Below, piece after piece: positions 62,759-64,000 of a stretch of 64,000 bases of DNA (position 1 is its first letter; each line of letters begins with the position of its first letter). The notes beneath the pieces were generated by a model that worked only from the letters and a program-made list of their open reading frames with translations, made no database searches and was not told where the DNA came from. Both the position numbers and the translations under genes were made by a program. The DNA comes from Felis catus (lineage: Eukaryota), in assembly GCF_018350175.1 (NCBI RefSeq), contig NC_058368.1:57600001-57664000 (forward strand). The letters run 5' to 3'.

Positions 62759-64000
62759 CCCAAGCAGGCTTTACACTTTCAGCACAGAACCCAACATAGG
62801 GCTTGATCTCACAAACCATCAGATCATGACCTGAGCTGAAATCAAGAGTTGGATACTTAACTGACTGAGCCACCCTGGCAGCCCAGAAGAGAGGTTTTAA
62901 TAGAAAAGTTTATAGCAATAAATACCACATTAAGAAAATAGTAAAGCTCAAATAAACAGTCTAACTTTACACTTAAAAGAACTAGAAAAGGAGTGACAAA
63001 GCCCAAACTTAGTAAAGGAAGGAAATAACAAAGAATAGAGTGGAAATAATGAAACAGAGACAAGGAAGACAATGGAAAAGATCAATGAAACTAAGAGCTC
63101 ACTGTCTGAAAACATCAAAATAGACAAACCTTTAACAAGAAAAAAGAAAAAAGAAAACTCAAAATCAGAAATGAAAGGGGACATTATAATTGTACCACAG
63201 AAATACAGTGGATCACAAGAGATGACTATGAACTATTATATGCCTACAAATTTGACAAATGGGAAGGGATAAATTTCTAGAAATGTACAACCTACCAATA
63301 CTGAATTATGAAGAAATAGCAAATCTGTAGAAATTAAAACTAATGAGATTGAATCAGTAAACAACCACCTCCCAACAAACAAAATTCCAGGACCACATGA
63401 TTTCACTGTTGAATTCTACCATGCTTTTAATGAGGAATTAATGTCACTCCTTTTCAAACTCTTTCAAAAGGTAGAAGAGAAGGAAATACTTCCAAACTCA
63501 TTTTATGAGGCCAGAATTACCCTGATCCAGATACCAAAACCTGACAAAAACACCACACAAAAAAATTACAGGCCAATATCCCTCATGAACAGAGATGCAA
63601 AATTACTCAAAAAAATATTAGAAAACTGAATTCAAAAATATGCTAAAAGATCATATACTATCATCAAGGGGGATTTATTCCACGGACCAAAGGATGGTTC
63701 AACATCCACAAACCAATGTGATACACTACATTAACAAACTGAATTTAAAAAATCATATAATTATCTCAATAGCAAAAAAAGCACTTGACAAATGTCAACA
63801 TCTACTCATAATAAAATCCCTCAATAAACGGGTGTAGAGGGAACATACCTCAACATATTAAGATCATATGATAAACCCACAGCTAATGTCATACTCAGTG
63901 GTGAAAAGATATTGTGTTATGTATACACACACACACATATGTGCACACAAATATATATACACATACACACACACAATGGAATATTGTTCAGCTATAAGAC
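62135..64000 (+). mobile_element. L1 ORF2 fragment (EN through RT N-terminus), disrupted
   Basis: [34 protein letters not shown]...[15 protein letters not shown]; jumps to 3'-region-like sequence near 63910. Confidence 0.93.
62677..62884 (-). mobile_element. Carnivore SINE inserted in L1
   Basis: (GA)n tract and antisense head. Confidence 0.92.

Noticed and set aside
4973..62884. tRNA genes or a CRISPR-like array suggested by recurring ~200-bp repeats with A/B boxes
   Set aside because: These are dispersed tRNA-derived SINEs with CT tracts, poly-A and TSDs, on both strands and irregularly spaced.
1..64000. Short ORFs in the six-frame track as host genes
   Set aside because: All are under 150 aa. 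Most lie in SINEs (recurrent MAQSVK.../EPDAGLE peptides), L1s, LTRs or microsatellites, and none resembles a cellular protein I recognise.
55705..64000. One active full-length L1 spanning 55705-64000
   Set aside because: The two plus-strand pieces both contain the same endonuclease region, so they are separate copies. Both are disrupted by stops, deletions and SINEs.

Overview
AT-rich mammalian genomic DNA, almost certainly from a felid. It has about 22 carnivore tRNA-derived SINEs, six of them young, CpG-rich SINEC_Fc-type copies with intact target-site duplications (TSDs), plus feline/carnivore L1 3' ends. I find no intact protein-coding gene, RNA gene or CRISPR array, so the window looks like a gene desert or a large intron. 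It is dominated by transposon fossils: L1 of several ages, L2, L3/CR1, MIR, MaLR/ERVL/ERV1 solo LTRs, and Tigger- and hAT-derived MITEs. The most informative structures are: (i) a decayed class I endogenous retrovirus on the minus strand (~36570-40690) with readable NC, protease, RT N-terminus, RNase H, integrase and env-TM motifs; (ii) two local direct duplications (44862-45114 vs 46853-47116, and 58715-58850 vs 59861-60037) that look like templated repair insertions; (iii) two 5'-inverted L1 insertions and a candidate inverted L1 3' transduction; (iv) several multi-layer nested insertions. Family and subfamily names come from my recall of consensus sequences, not from a database search, and boundaries of old elements are approximate. 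I do not see evidence for a novel biological system.
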